Position numbers and translations under genes: made by a program. This document shows positions 50,803 through 64,000 of a stretch of DNA of 64,000 nucleotides, one piece after another. The DNA comes from Priapulus caudatus. Its lineage: Eukaryota. Under the pieces are notes generated by a model. It saw nothing but the letters and a program-made list of their open reading frames with translations, did no database searches and was not told the origin of the DNA. The first letter of the stretch is position 1. Every line of letters begins with the position of its first letter. The stretch is from assembly GCF_000485595.1 (NCBI RefSeq), contig NW_014577062.1:726027-790026 (forward strand). The letters run 5' to 3'.

Positions 50803-50989
50803 ATAACATATAATCAGGTGTATAATAATATATTAATATTAGAATATAATAGAAGAGTATTATTATACACTCCTAATATAATAATATATAATAACAGTTA
50901 TTATATATTATTATATCAGGAGTGTATAATAATATTCTTCTATTTTATTCTAATATTAAACTATTATTATACACCTGATTATATGTTAT
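50803..50989. repeat. AT-rich near-perfect palindrome (~187 bp)
   Basis: ATAACATATAATCAGGTGTATAATA ... TATTATACACCTGATTATATGTTAT, centre near 50896. Confidence 0.85.
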
Positions 50990-51932
50990 AAATCTATATT
51001 CCGTTCTAAATCTATATTCTCGCGCCTGAAATTGCGAAGGTCAAGTACGTTGTTATCGCATTAATGAATTGTTTCAATTACGGTTTAATAGATGACCAAA
51101 ATAATGATATCTCTGTGTTGTCACCTCTCACTATAAACCATCTCAGCTTTTGTAGCAATAGCTCAATGCACTTTGCGCATCACACATTCAAGCATGCACG
51201 CACGTACACATGCACGCACGTACACATGCACGCAGAGCAGTACAGGGGTGACACGAGATATTGTGGTTATGGATTATGCGGATTAAGGTCTGTGTCAGGG
51301 TGGTGAGGTCTAAACTCACATTACACATAGGGAGCTAATTCAGTTCGCGTCGCGTCGCAGTTTCGTTCGTTGATCATATTAGGGGTACGGTGGGTATAGT
51401 TAGGTTTTTTCACTTTTGACTTCTTCAAGGGTTAGGGGTTTTGAAGGGTTAGAATAGAACCTTTGGCGCTTTTACCAGGACATAAATGTTGCAATTTGCA
51501 AGACACTATTTGTAGTATTGACAACAAGTAGTATAGTAGTAGTGACGTTGCTTTAATGCTTTTTAGCAAACATTTGTTGATGATAGTTGATTGACAAAAT
51601 TAAAGAGACAACGATAATTCAATTGTAATTTTAGTTTTCGTACACAAACGCTTTTGTGTACAATCTGAAAATATGGCGATTAATAAATTCCAAAAAAACA
51701 TCTAACATGGGATGAGCCATCAATCTACTGACATTAAAACAGAAAGACATGATTCTAAATAAATACTGCTTTTATTTATAACTTTTAGTTTTTCATGTTA
51801 CCACAGACGAATTAACAAACATTATGCAGTTTGGAGTAATGAGGCGGAAAACGTCTACTGATGACAGCGGCTGTGTGGTACCGTTCGTGTAACTACAAAG
51901 ATGTGACACTGACTGCGACCGTGACCTTTACC

Positions 51933-52070
51933 CGTGTCATACTAACACCTGCCATGTGACAGCAGCACCTGACATGTGACAGCAGCGTCTGACATGTGAC
52001 ACCGGCACATGTCATGTGACACGAGCACCTGACTTGTGACACAAGTATCTGTCACATGACACTTGCACCT
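51933..52070. repeat. 20-bp minisatellite, about 6-7 diverged copies
   Basis: Consensus CATGTGACAGCAGCACCTGA. Confidence 0.8.
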
Positions 52071-54472
52071 ACAGGACGACACAGGTTCACGTAAAAATAC
52101 AACGTCTCGGAACTATCTACACTTTGGAGCAACGATCCGGTCAGTCACACAGACGTAGAGTTACAGTTTGAAGTGACCAAAAGCAACTGGGAAACGAGAT
52201 GCGGCCCCAGTGACGAGGTTTCATATCGTCCATATTTAAATCTGGATTTAATCCATCCTAAAATCGTATTGAAATTACATCTGCTTCTCATCCCCTCCTC
52301 GCGCTTGCCCGTAACGAGTAGTAAGGTCGTTTTATATAATACCAACATAACGACTGATAGATATTATATTACGCAAGGCAATGAATGGTTGCGTTTTTAA
52401 GTTTACGTAAAATTAGGACGAAAACGGTTGTACTTATTGTCATGATGTTGATGATGACGACAATAATGACGATGGCGACGATGGCGACGACGACGACGAC
52501 GACGGCTGATGATATAACGTGGACGATAGATAGATAACACGTTAGCGCGTAACTGTCGGAATGATCAGATGGGGATGTTTTAACATGACACGTCTCCCTC
52601 TCTTCACAACTCTGACATTTTGCCCTTCACGAACCTTTCCGGTTGCTCCAACATTTCAGATTGATAATACTGCGCTGTAACCTGCACGGTATATATATAT
52701 ATATATAGTATTGTGCATCATCTGTATGATATGGCACTTTAAAGAGGTATGGAATGGAATAACAAGTAACAATCGATAGTGTGCGTGAAAGTGTGCGGTG
52801 CTTGTTTGTTGTTTGCATGTGTGCGTGCGTGCGTGCGTGCGAGACGGTGTGGTTGTGAATGGTCGGTACGTGTTTTTATATGATGAATTATATCACGAAC
52901 TATGAACAATCTTCACGGATTCACGCAGGCCAACCCCCATCTGATCATGTGCGACATCTATTGAACCGATTGCGCATCATACCATCGGCAACAATTACAT
53001 AGGAACATATCTACATAGAACCGATGTAACTGCACATTTTACATTCCGTACACAATAACACCGTACAGCAGGTGAAATGGAAACGGAATTCTTGAAAATA
53101 AAACTGCCCGAATTATGTCCCGTGCACCCACGATTACGTCATCGCAGTGTAGCAACGACGATGACGATAGATCGAAGACTAGCACAGAGAGAAAATACGA
53201 ATCATGCGCGAGCGGTTCCCCGTTTAGTACAATTACGCCCGTAAATAGAACTTCGGCCCTACACATTATATCGAGAGTACTCCTGATTATATCATGCCTG
53301 CCAGGATTTCCACTTCTTACATGATCGATCATGTGCTATGCATAGCAGTGCAACAATAAAGCATCATGAAGTCTAGCAATGAACACACAGACGCCGCGAC
53401 AAATAGACAAATATTTGCAACGCATTTCGTTCACTTACGCTGTGATAACAGGTATGATTGATTATACTTCCCAGTTAACTTACATGATATCCCTGCACGA
53501 TGATATACAAACGTCTATATGACGGGTATGGGTTCATGAAACACGACTTATATGCCGTGGTGAATATGAAGTCTACAAATCGGCAGTAATAAAGTTATGT
53601 AAGTTCACAACGACAATATGTATAACGACTCAAAACGTTCAACGATATCAAGCAAGTGAAGACAATGGTACGCAATGTTTCCTACAGTTTGTATCGTAGT
53701 CTGTATACAGGCATTAACTCATAGATATTGCATTTCGTATTAATCGCTTGTTCTTACGATGCGAAAAACAACTACTAGTATTAGACAAACTCATCTTACG
53801 GGGAACACGTAGCAAGCAACACGTGAGCATAAGCATGACAGTTAACAAAGTTTGACTAGCCATCATCTGAGACCGGTTTTTATGAAGGTGCCGGACTAAC
53901 TAGCATCTACACATTATGTTCACCGCATCCTCAGGTTGCCTGCGAAGTTTAGCAATCGCTACCAAATCATCGTAAATAGCACCACCGACATCATTACAAA
54001 CCGCACACCAACCTGAAAAGCTTAACATCATCATATAGCACCATTACCTGTTGATGCCAAACTAATAACAAGAGTTTGTGAGCCTTACGGAGCTCCGAAG
54101 GTACGTAGGCAGCGACTATGCATATGGTAATATCTCTACAGACATTTTGTTTTTAAGCGTTGTAAATACGAGACAGGGATTTTTTGTGGCACACGTATAC
54201 AACGCAAGCACGCAGCAAACTGGCGCACATTTAAGTACAAACGCGCGCACACATACACGCGCACGCACACACGCACGTACGCACATATATATGCTATATA
54301 AATGTTACTTTAGGTCTACTTTATGGTATCAAGGTAGTTAATATATCTCTGATTTTGAAACCAAGAATATAGTTTCCTTTTGACGAATATGCACAAAAAT
54401 GTACTACCTGTTGCAGTAGATGCAGAGTGCTTAAAATCACATGGAGTACTTTGTGTTTGTGTGCGTGCGCGC

Positions 54473-54515
<43 letters not shown>

Positions 54516-55645
54516 CGAAAATCGGCTGCAACACGCATATCTCTAAATGTCCGACCCAAAATAAATAGCAACCACACCTCAACCGATTCTGTCGCACTAC
54601 CTAACTGAAAAAAGGTAAGTAAAGAGAGTCGCGGATTCGACTGAAGTTTGCCAAACGAATTCATAACGGCGTTGTGCGTTAACGATCGTCTTCTCTTCAG
54701 TAACATGTAGAATAAAATAAAGTAAAATTCTATACATTTCTTGACTTGTCCCGCAAAACCGCAATAATGACCATAATATATAACGACATGAGGGCATTTT
54801 ACATACATATACGTAGCTTGAGCTAAAACCTCAAATATAAGATCGTTCAGCTAATGTAGAAGACGGATAATAAAAGCAAAATCATATAGCCACGAAATAT
54901 TTACAATGACTAAAACATCTTTGGATAAATATGACTCATATACATGTAAACACCAATTTTATAAAATTCATCAGACAACAATTACCCATCTACATAGAGC
55001 GAGCAATAATCATTTCTCCACACAGAGGGTTAAACAACGATTCATTGACACATTCATCGTAATAATCTTCCATGAACACGAACGGTAAAATATCGCTTCT
55101 CTGCATAAAGGATAAAACAATATACCAACATAGACGGATTCCTTTTATATATACCAACAGCTTTCAACGCAAGTACATTCATGGATACACGAAACCAGAG
55201 ACAGACCTACCCAGCTTGTGTTATTGGTACTTGATATGTGTAATAGTTTCACACTTGTGCAAACGATGGAATTTGTATAGCAATCCGTACTCAAATAGCC
55301 TCTTTGCGGTCTCTACGTCATTTACAAATATAGTATGATCTCCTTCCTATATCCATCCTACATATCAAGAGACTCGTGACGTTCGCTCCACACGACGAAA
55401 ACGTTCTTGGAAATATTCTTGGCGCAACTATTCTGTGTGACGTTTGTCTCACACAGTCAGCAAACTGCCGATCATCCAAATCCAGCACGGGGCAATTTCA
55501 TGATGATGAAATGCTAAAATGTTTACCATTACGCATGGATGGTTATCGATTAATGCAGCACAGATGGGTTCGTCATCTGCAAGACAACCTCAGACAACCA
55601 ACAGATCGAGATTCTGCACTTATACGCTACACTTATGTTATATAT

Positions 55646-56384
55646 CAAGAGCTCATAATAGAGAAGAGTATGACACCGTTTTAACAGCGTTTTGCATAGT
55701 TTTCAACTTGTAAATATTTTATCAATGTGAATAAATATATTCAAACTTTACCTTGTTCTCGTCTATGATTCTCCCTTAATCATATGACACCACCAATTTA
55801 CCTGAAAATCGTATGTGTTCTTCAAAAAAGTTCTTCCCAAATGATCGCATGTATTCGGCACAAGTTTATTATCGGGTTAGTGTTATATTTTCTATGACGG
55901 AATGCTGGGGGCTGTTGGGGATATTAGGCATCAAATTGTATTCAGCGTGTAGCGTTTCCAGCATGCTAGAAATAAATGTGTGCTCACGGCGAGCTAGCAG
56001 CTGATTTTAGCTGTGTTGCCATCGTGTTCCTGATGATAAGGAAGCGAAACAAGTGCTGTTACTCTGCTTACCTAATTTCCCTAACAGCCCCCAGCGTCCC
56101 GTAGTTACAACCTGGTGCTGCCGCCGCATTATAAACTGGCGCCGAATACATGCGATCATTTGGGAAAACTGTGTGAAACCGTGTCGTATTCAAAGAACTT
56201 TTTTGAAGAACACATACGATTTTCAGGTAAATTGGTGGTGTCATATGATTACGGGAGAATCATAGACGAAAACAAGGTAAAGTTTGAATATATTTATTCA
56301 CATATTGATAGAATATTTACAAGTAAAAAACTATGCAAAACGCTATTAAAACAGTGTCATACTCTTCTCTATTATGAGCTCTTG
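55646..56384. mobile_element. Foldback / long-TIR element flanked by (TA)n
   Basis: About 220-bp diverged inverted arms starting CAAGAGCTCATAATAGAGAAGAGTATGAC, plus an inner inverted pair. Confidence 0.8.
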
Positions 56385-56852
56385 ATATATATATATGTAA
56401 ATCACAGAAAAAACAAACAACCTCATACAAATTTGATCCTTGATTGACTCGCTGCAGTCCCTTACGTGACTAGGAAGTGACTAGTGGCTCCATTCTCAAT
56501 GGTCCAACTGAGATGACGAGTGCGTATTCAAGTTGCACCTATATAAAGGTGATGCCTGTGTGAACTTACCTCTGTAACAGTTCAGCCACGCCCGAAATGC
56601 TGAAAATGGATGCTGCACCAAACCGTATCTGAGAGGGAATACTCGTTTGCCGATCGGGAAGTACAGGACAAGGAAAATCATATTAATACTGCTATGGCAA
56701 TATGCTCCAACTCATATATTTAGTGCCGATCTCTGGGGAGTGGTGCCGGAGAGGCTGTTCCTGCGATGGGTAGATGCCTTCTCTCTCTCTCTCTCTCTCT
56801 GTCTCACAGTGTGTAGGTGTGTATGGCTCGAGCTGTCCACTGCTCCTCCCTC

Positions 56853-56952
56853 TCACCACACTTCGCATTTCTGCAGTGGGTTCATCACCGTGTCGACGGG
56901 GCACTTCCACGCGCTAGCAAACTCGTGAGAGTTCGACAGTGGACCGATGACC
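56853..56952 (-). CDS. M13 terminal exon (VIGPLSNS...[10 protein letters not shown])
   Basis: Canonical CxxW C-terminus followed by TGA. Confidence 0.95.
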
Positions 56953-58115
56953 CTGCAAAATGTAGCGGGTGGCATACAGAACCCGAGGCTTGCCACGTGG
57001 CGGAAGCATAACAGGCGAGCGCGAGTGGGTGAGGGATACTGCCCTCCTCTCCCACCAGCGTCCCTTTCAGCTCATCAGTTTACAGCCGTTTTTATCTCTG
57101 TACGATCGTTTTAGTCCGACATATATTATTGTCCCAGTAAGCATATAGGAAATAAGAAATTCACAATCAGCGAGCAGTGGAATAGAACAGCTGTATAGAC
57201 TGAGTGGGTTGTGCGGACTTCTTAAGGGCTTGTATGGGATACAACATCCATGTTTTCTATCATTAGTGGTAATCATACCACGACAAAAAAAATCAGGTGA
57301 GCAATGCATATAGTGCTCGTTTAGTTACAGTAATTTGTTATTGTAGTTTACCTGTACTTGGCAGGACTGTGTGTGTCACTGATTAGCTGTAGGTGCTTAG
57401 CCTCGTCTGTACTGGCTGAACACCACACCTGCCAGCAACACAGCAGACACAGTAAGCCAACAGAAAACAAGAAGTGCAACACAGCTAATCTTTCACTCTC
57501 ATTGAATTATTTATGCAGTAATCAGGAACATTAAATTCATCAAACAACGCGTACCAATGCTTTGCAAACAACTGCATGATGTACAAAGACAAGAAGTGCA
57601 ACACAGCTAATCTTTCACTCTCATTGAATTATTTATGCAGTAATCAGGAACATTAAATTCATCAAACAACGCGTACCAATGCTTTGCAAACAACTGCATG
57701 ATGTACGAGTACGTGACGCGAGGGGTCGGGGATGAGGATTTTTGAGATGGGCATGTACCTGAGAGAAGCCGAGGAAGAAAAGCTGGTTCAGTGTGTAGTT
57801 GACTCCTGGCAGGGGCAGTTCTTCCCCGTTATCTTTGACCCACGTCTGGTATGCCTGCAATATATCAGCAAATGTGCGATGACTACTATATTTATTACTA
57901 GATATTTATTACTCGAGTTACCCACGGCTGAACAAGGATGGTTTCAGTAAAATTATTCTCTGTCAAAATGTGCCTTCCATCCTTGCAATCAGGCGACATT
58001 GCGCCACCTGGTCGCAAACAAGGGCAATTACCGTAGGCCTCTACCCAAACCTGAAGTAACGTGACTTTACTTCAAACTGTTAACTAGTAATGTTGACTCT
58101 TTCTCTTTCTTTCCT

Positions 58116-58207
<92 letters not shown>

Positions 58208-59600
58208 ACTCTCTCACTCCGCTTCACCCCCTGCCTTTTTCTTACACCTTCTCGCTCCATCGCTCCCGCCATCTTTTCTGCACTCTCTCACACTGTCTCG
58301 ATTCTCTTAAATGAATGGCTACATTATGCTCACACAAGCGAAATAAACATTAATATGAAACAATTTATACTCACGTAATAAGCAGACTTCAATCCTCCGT
58401 TGTCGGCTATGTTTTCACCGAGCGTCTGTTTTCCGTTTATCTGTGAACAAGTCAACCAGTTAGATTACACGCCGCTCGCTGCGTGACGCAGTCCACGAAG
58501 CAGAACAGCTATCGGTTACCTTCACTGTCGATGTGGCCGAGCAGAATCGAAAAGCACGAATACTATGGCAATAGTTGGTAATGCCACGCAGGTTATTATT
58601 ATGAACGCGGGTAACAAAATAAACAAAGTATCATTCGTAAAACCCATGCATGGAGAGCTGCTATGATACAGTTCAGGGGTAATAAGTGACTGCTGTTCTT
58701 CATCCATAATGGCGGGATGAGAACGTATCAAGTATAATTTTAGTAGGCATTAGTAAGCTGAGGCAAATTGAAAAATGGTAACAAAAAAAATTGTTAATCA
58801 GTTATTCAATGCAAAGTATCGCATTAAAGTACACATAGCAAGAAATTCTAGCATTGTGTAATCCATAGAAATAGATAGCTAACTATAACTAGGTATATAG
58901 GTAATATATCACTAGGTTATCTATCTATTTCTATGGTGTAATCATAGATGTAATGCCTATGGACACTGCATCGCAAGCATGTGCACAGCAGCTGTTGATA
59001 CTCACGGGTTCGCCATTAACTAGGTACGTGGCTGACTGATCTACCAGACACTGCGTGCGCTCCTTGAAGTTCACTATGGAGTCATTGTTCCACCAGGCCT
59101 TCAGATTGCCGAATTTGTCATACTCTCGACCTTTACGCATGAATGGCAAGCAAAGCGAACAGAGAAAAATTGGCAAATCATGGCAAATCGCACCGCCAAC
59201 AGTGACGTCAACTGCAGATGGCTCTAAGCAGGGCTTGGTGTTTGCGAGCAAGCAATACTAGATGTGAGAATGTCAAAATCAGTTAATTGACGATTATGAC
59301 GGTATGGGGTCTGTTTAAGTTTTCCATTTTAAAACAATAGCACTACTTGTCAAGTAGAAGCAATTTAAAAGTTACACATTGCGTGTTTAATTTCAATGAC
59401 CACGTGCAAGCCTGCGATGACAGAAATGCTCACAAAATTATAACCAGACCCCACATAAGCAATGCCAGTGCAAAATCCATAATTCTGCCTCTCCAGTTAT
59501 TTATTAGATACCATGAAGTTGTTAGCTAAAACGTGCACAGACCAAGAGAGAGAGAGAGAGAGAAAGAGAGAAAGAGAGAGAGAGAGCGAGCGCGAGCGAA

Positions 59601-59660
<60 letters not shown>

Positions 59661-62600
59661 AGATAGAGAGAAACAAGAGAGAAGTAGAATTGCTAGTATA
59701 CCTTGGTCATCAAAGCCGTGAATTAGTTCGTGGCCCATTACCACGCCCATTGCACCAAAGTTGAGTGACCTAGTCAGACGTAAAGCAAAGCAAAGCACTT
59801 GTGTGACAGAGGTGAGCAGTGGCTTTCCCTGAGACAGTGTCCCTTCATTGTGGGTGTGCCACTCTTCAGCTTAAATGTTGCAAAAGCCCTCTACTGCTAC
59901 GTGCGTTAATAGTCAATGAATGTCATTCCGCTGCATAGCTGCACTTCAAATATTACTCAGGAAGACCTCTTGGCTAATTTGCAGGAAGCATCCTTGCATA
60001 CAAGAGCATGCATTACCGCTGCACTTATATATACAAATGCTTTCCCCGAGGTTGCAAGCAACAGAAGCATTTTGTCACCATGGCAACTAGAAATGTTTCT
60101 GTCTCCCTGATCTGCAGCATAGACAGGCAGGAATGTGCCTCTAAAGTACATACTTTGGGTAATCCTGGTCGTAGAATGGAGCCTGAAGAATGCCTGCAGG
60201 GAACACTGTAAAGCAAAGAACAGCGAGCATAACGAAGCCGCTCTACAGAATATTTTCTTCTCCTATGTAACAACGCGCACAGCTAACCAGCACCCAAAGA
60301 GCCAACGAGTGCGACTTTGAGGGGATATAACGCACATTTCTCGGAGGTATGAGTGAAATTTATAAAAGTATATTAACATTCACTCAGCATTCCACACACA
60401 CTCTATAAGAAGTCGGCTCTCCTGCACTGAAGTGACAACACCTGCACACGGTGCTTTTTTCAGTCACCGCAGGAGCGCAGATGATCCCAAACACCCTGTT
60501 GCAGATTATATTTACCTATTCTGTTGGATGACGGAGAGTAGTATGCATTCACTTGTGGTGGTGTCATCGCCCAACTATCATAAAACACCGATAACACCAT
60601 TAATATTTGTTTTTGATAAATTTGAGAAAATATAGACACTCATAACACAATGACAGTCATTCTAGTCCTACTACTGTATATATGTAACTAATTACATGCT
60701 ATAGTTTAGTGAATGTTTATGCTCTTGCCACTTACTCAGATTTGTTGACTGGCTTCTCCAACTTCTGCAGTATTCGTTGCTTTGTCCACAAGAGGGCGTG
60801 CACATTATTGGTGAAGTACTGGTTCTCGTCAAATTCCAGCTGGTAATGAAAGGCCGAAAATATTTACATTTTACATTTACATGCCATATTAAGTGTTGGC
60901 AGGCATAAAAATATTACACAAATCAAACACACATGACCTTGCCTGAGCTTCATACATTACAAAATATTACAGCCTGCTTCTCTGATCAGGTTCCTAACGT
61001 CATTACGTTGCAATCCCATGCAATTACGAAACCTTTCAGTATCCAATCTGGTCGTCTGTCTTTCAGGAGCAACTGCTGCTAGCAAACGTCACGAGAGATG
61101 TGCCACTTGAGGCGTGTGTAAACACTGAATACAAACACACACGAACCCCAGAGTAGTAGTTGTCGAGTGACTTGATATCCAAGATGTAGTCAGGAAATCC
61201 AATCATGTCGATAACCGCGTCTGCCTGCAAAAATTGCAGATATTGTTTTAATGACATTAAATTAACATCACTTAAGCTGCTCTGGCAGATGGATCAGGTG
61301 GCAAAGAACAATATGCAAGTAGAAGACACAATGTGCTAATGCAGATGCCTTCTAACCACTAGCCTATAATCTCGCACAACTACCTTTCCTCATCTAAGGC
61401 AGTAACAAAACTATCGTTTGAGATTCATGAACTAGGAATGACAGTGGCTATAGCTTAGACACTGAGCCTTAAAGATGGATGCTCATGTGTCTTGGCCTTA
61501 CTTCATTTGGATGAATAGTTTACTATATGGTTAAGCAAACTATGCACATTAGGCTCTAATCCTCCTAAAAAATGAGAGAAATGTTGATGGAGCTGAATGG
61601 ATAAAAAATGAATGGGCAGTACCATATTTCATGGCTTACAAGACACTCTAATCAGTCTAATGCACAAGACCAACAACAAATTCAGAAGATAATAAAGTGA
61701 AAAATGCTCGACTGTATTTGACTTCATAATAGCCATGTTTACTGCCATGTATATGCCCACGATTGATATAATAATAAGGCTGCAGCCATGTTCTTTCTTT
61801 CTTTTATCCCCCTCGAATCCCCTGTATTTCATAATCCCTCCTCACTCTCAACACTGGTTAGTATATATACTGTAAGCTATTCCGCTGAGGTGTATAAATA
61901 ACCATAACATAGCCAAAAGATCTTAGTTATAATAATGTCCTCTACACTGGCCTTTAGCCAATAGAATGTAAGATGGTTTTTGGAGAGATATTCTGAGCAA
62001 AAAAAGTGCATCATTAGTGGCCCATTGCAGTGATAACATTTTTAGTCTATCCAAATCTCCTCAGAGAAGAAGTTTCCACGCAGGTAACCACATTTTGAAA
62101 ATATTGCATCTCAGTCTCTTGTATTACTGTCTCTACCTCTTGTCTTTCTGCAAATTTCATTATAGTGTATTACCCAAGAGCTAACTGTTGTGTGGAAAGA
62201 GTAGAGGTTTATTAGGGCACCTGTAAATAAATTGTGTATGAAGATTATAGTAACATCACAAATCAACATTTGATGATGAACCACACACTTCAAGACGCCT
62301 GTGCACACCTTCTCACGAGCCGCCTGCCGCGTTTCTGGATCCATCCAACTTAGCTGTGGGAGGTTGAGCTTGAACGCCCTCTTCACACTGTCCACCATGC
62401 GTTCGGCCTGCAACCCAAGAATACTGCTCGGTGATAACATATTACTGCTGTGAATCCCACACAGTAAAAGTGCCAAGTTGCGACTGAACATGCACAATGA
62501 CATACACGGAAAATGATGGCAAATGGCTCCTATTTTATTTGTACTATTCCTAACATTATCTTACCTACTTAAGTGCACATTTTTGCAATCATATGGGCCT

Positions 62601-63117
62601 ATTTAACAGTACTTCAGGCTTCTAAACCTTACATTTATGGAGTTTCTTCCATCAATAAATACACTTACATGCTCACACACATACACACGCCTTCCACAGA
62701 ACCCTGCTCTATCATTCGTCAAGATCAGATTTAGAAATGACTAGAGCAGCCACTATCTATGCTACACACCACAGTCGCATTGCCACGCAACTTAGCCGAA
62801 TCAAAATCTAACTTTTGAATTACTACATGAACCTCCCTCTGACTATGACGCACCGAACGTGCACGAAACAACACAAAGAACGCGTGCCCCATACCTTCGC
62901 CTTGCTGTCGCCGTCGAACACCTCCTGCACGAACATGGCGCCGAGCGCGAAACCGATGACGCCGTCCGTGTCGGAGACGCAGAGGCGCCAGAGGACGTCG
63001 AAGCCGTCCGAGCCGGTCATCGCCTTGCTGAGCGGCTTGTTGAGCTCGCGGAACGCCTTCGACAGGTAGGGAGACATCTGCCGCGCCAGGTTCCACACCA
63101 TGTAGTTGTTGAGAATG
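56853..63117 (-). CDS. ECE1: M13 zinc metallopeptidase (endothelin-converting enzyme / neprilysin-like), 3' eleven exons; 5' part beyond the right edge
   Basis: Exons 62895-63117, 62309-62407, 61147-61224, 60736-60839, 60516-60574 (VNAYY), 60154-60205 (FPAGILQ), 59702-59769 (HELIH), 59006-59130, 58375-58440 (GENIADNGG), 57759-57854, 57352-57428 (HSP), plus terminal exon 56853-56952 (CEVW*); all phases consistent. Family is clear; exact orthology is not. Confidence 0.93.
57467..57706. repeat. Identical 118-bp tandem duplication in an M13 intron
   Basis: 57467-57584 equals 57589-57706. Confidence 0.9.
59702..59769 (-). CDS. M13 catalytic exon ([23 protein letters not shown])
   Basis: HExxH zinc-binding motif; TAG/GTAT boundaries. 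Confidence 0.95.
62895..63117 (-). CDS. M13 N-domain exon (ILNNYMVW...[12 protein letters not shown])
   Basis: NYxxW and CV...GFALGAMFV motifs in ORF 62823..63257. Confidence 0.93.
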
Positions 63118-64000
63118 CTAGTTGTTGAAACGAGAGAGTAGCGAGCGTTGAGAACGTAGCGAAAGAATTTACACGGGGTAAAATAAAGAACATCGACGTG
63201 AGATAACGCAGAGAAAACATCAATGTGTAAGAACGCAGCAATACAAAAAAACATCACTTACACCATGTAGTTGATGAGAATGCTGGTGATGAAACGCGAG
63301 GGAACGTAGCAAAAGAATTTACGCGAGGTAAACGAAAAGCATCGACATGAGAAAACGCAGAGAAAACGTCGACGTGTAGGAACGCAGCAATAACAAAAAC
63401 ACAAGTGAACAGTACAGCCATTGCTAAAGTTGTCATGGCTACTCGCACATGTGAAAGTCGCCGATAACTCTGATATCATTTTTGTGTGATGCATGTTGGG
63501 CCTTGCTACCGTCCACTTTCCCGACAGACGATCATCATTGTCTACAGAAATAATTTAAAATATGTACCTGAATATATGTTAAAGGAATCGTTTACTCTAG
63601 GTTCTAGGGTTATTTTCAGTTGATTTAGGTTAAAATTACGCCACATAAAAAGTTTCATGGTTCAATCACCATTAGAAATATTACTAAAAAATGTTTTAAA
63701 ACTAACGACTACAGTTTGATTACAACGACGGTGGTGCCACTCAAAGTGCACGATCTGATGAGTTGCGCAAAACCACTTTTCAGCCAAGGGCTACAGACCA
63801 AGAGTGTTTCATATTTATTAATTGAAAAGCAAAAGGATTGTAATATCTTATAAACGACATATAGTTTCAGTTATAATATGGATAAATTTGCCCTAAAATG
63901 AATTTCGTTCAGTTAAATAGCATTTAGGTATAAATATAATTGCACTTTTGTGATTAGCCCTCGGTCTGTAACGTGCAAAATAAATTGTCAAATACACAAC

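Noticed and set aside
51933..52070. Regularly spaced repeat resembling a CRISPR array
   Set aside because: No unique spacers, no cas genes, eukaryotic context

Overview
Eukaryotic (invertebrate metazoan, probably lophotrochozoan) genomic scaffold with two 10-N gaps and two intron-rich minus-strand genes. (1) An eIF4G (eIF4G1/3-type) gene runs from a probable promoter near 49.9 kb off the left edge. I reconstructed its exons from GT-AG sites and phase; they encode a Q/P-rich N-terminus, a PABP-binding motif, a 1.34-kb acidic exon, the eIF4E-binding motif YDRSFLV and the MIF4G domain. (2) The 3' part of an M13 zinc metallopeptidase (ECE/neprilysin-like; [22 protein letters not shown]) lies at 56.85-63.1 kb. 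Less obvious features: two paralogous intronic H/ACA snoRNAs whose pockets match adjacent segments of the LSU rRNA peptidyl-transferase region, an intronic C/D snoRNA antisense to 18S rRNA, about six phase-compatible alternative first exons of eIF4G, a duplicated five-exon block containing the eIF4E-binding exon (real or assembly artefact), and a frame-preserving 21-nt duplicated micro-exon in the peptidase. Introns carry many non-autonomous DNA transposons, including a foldback element with 428-bp TIRs. All coordinates were counted by hand and no database searches were run.
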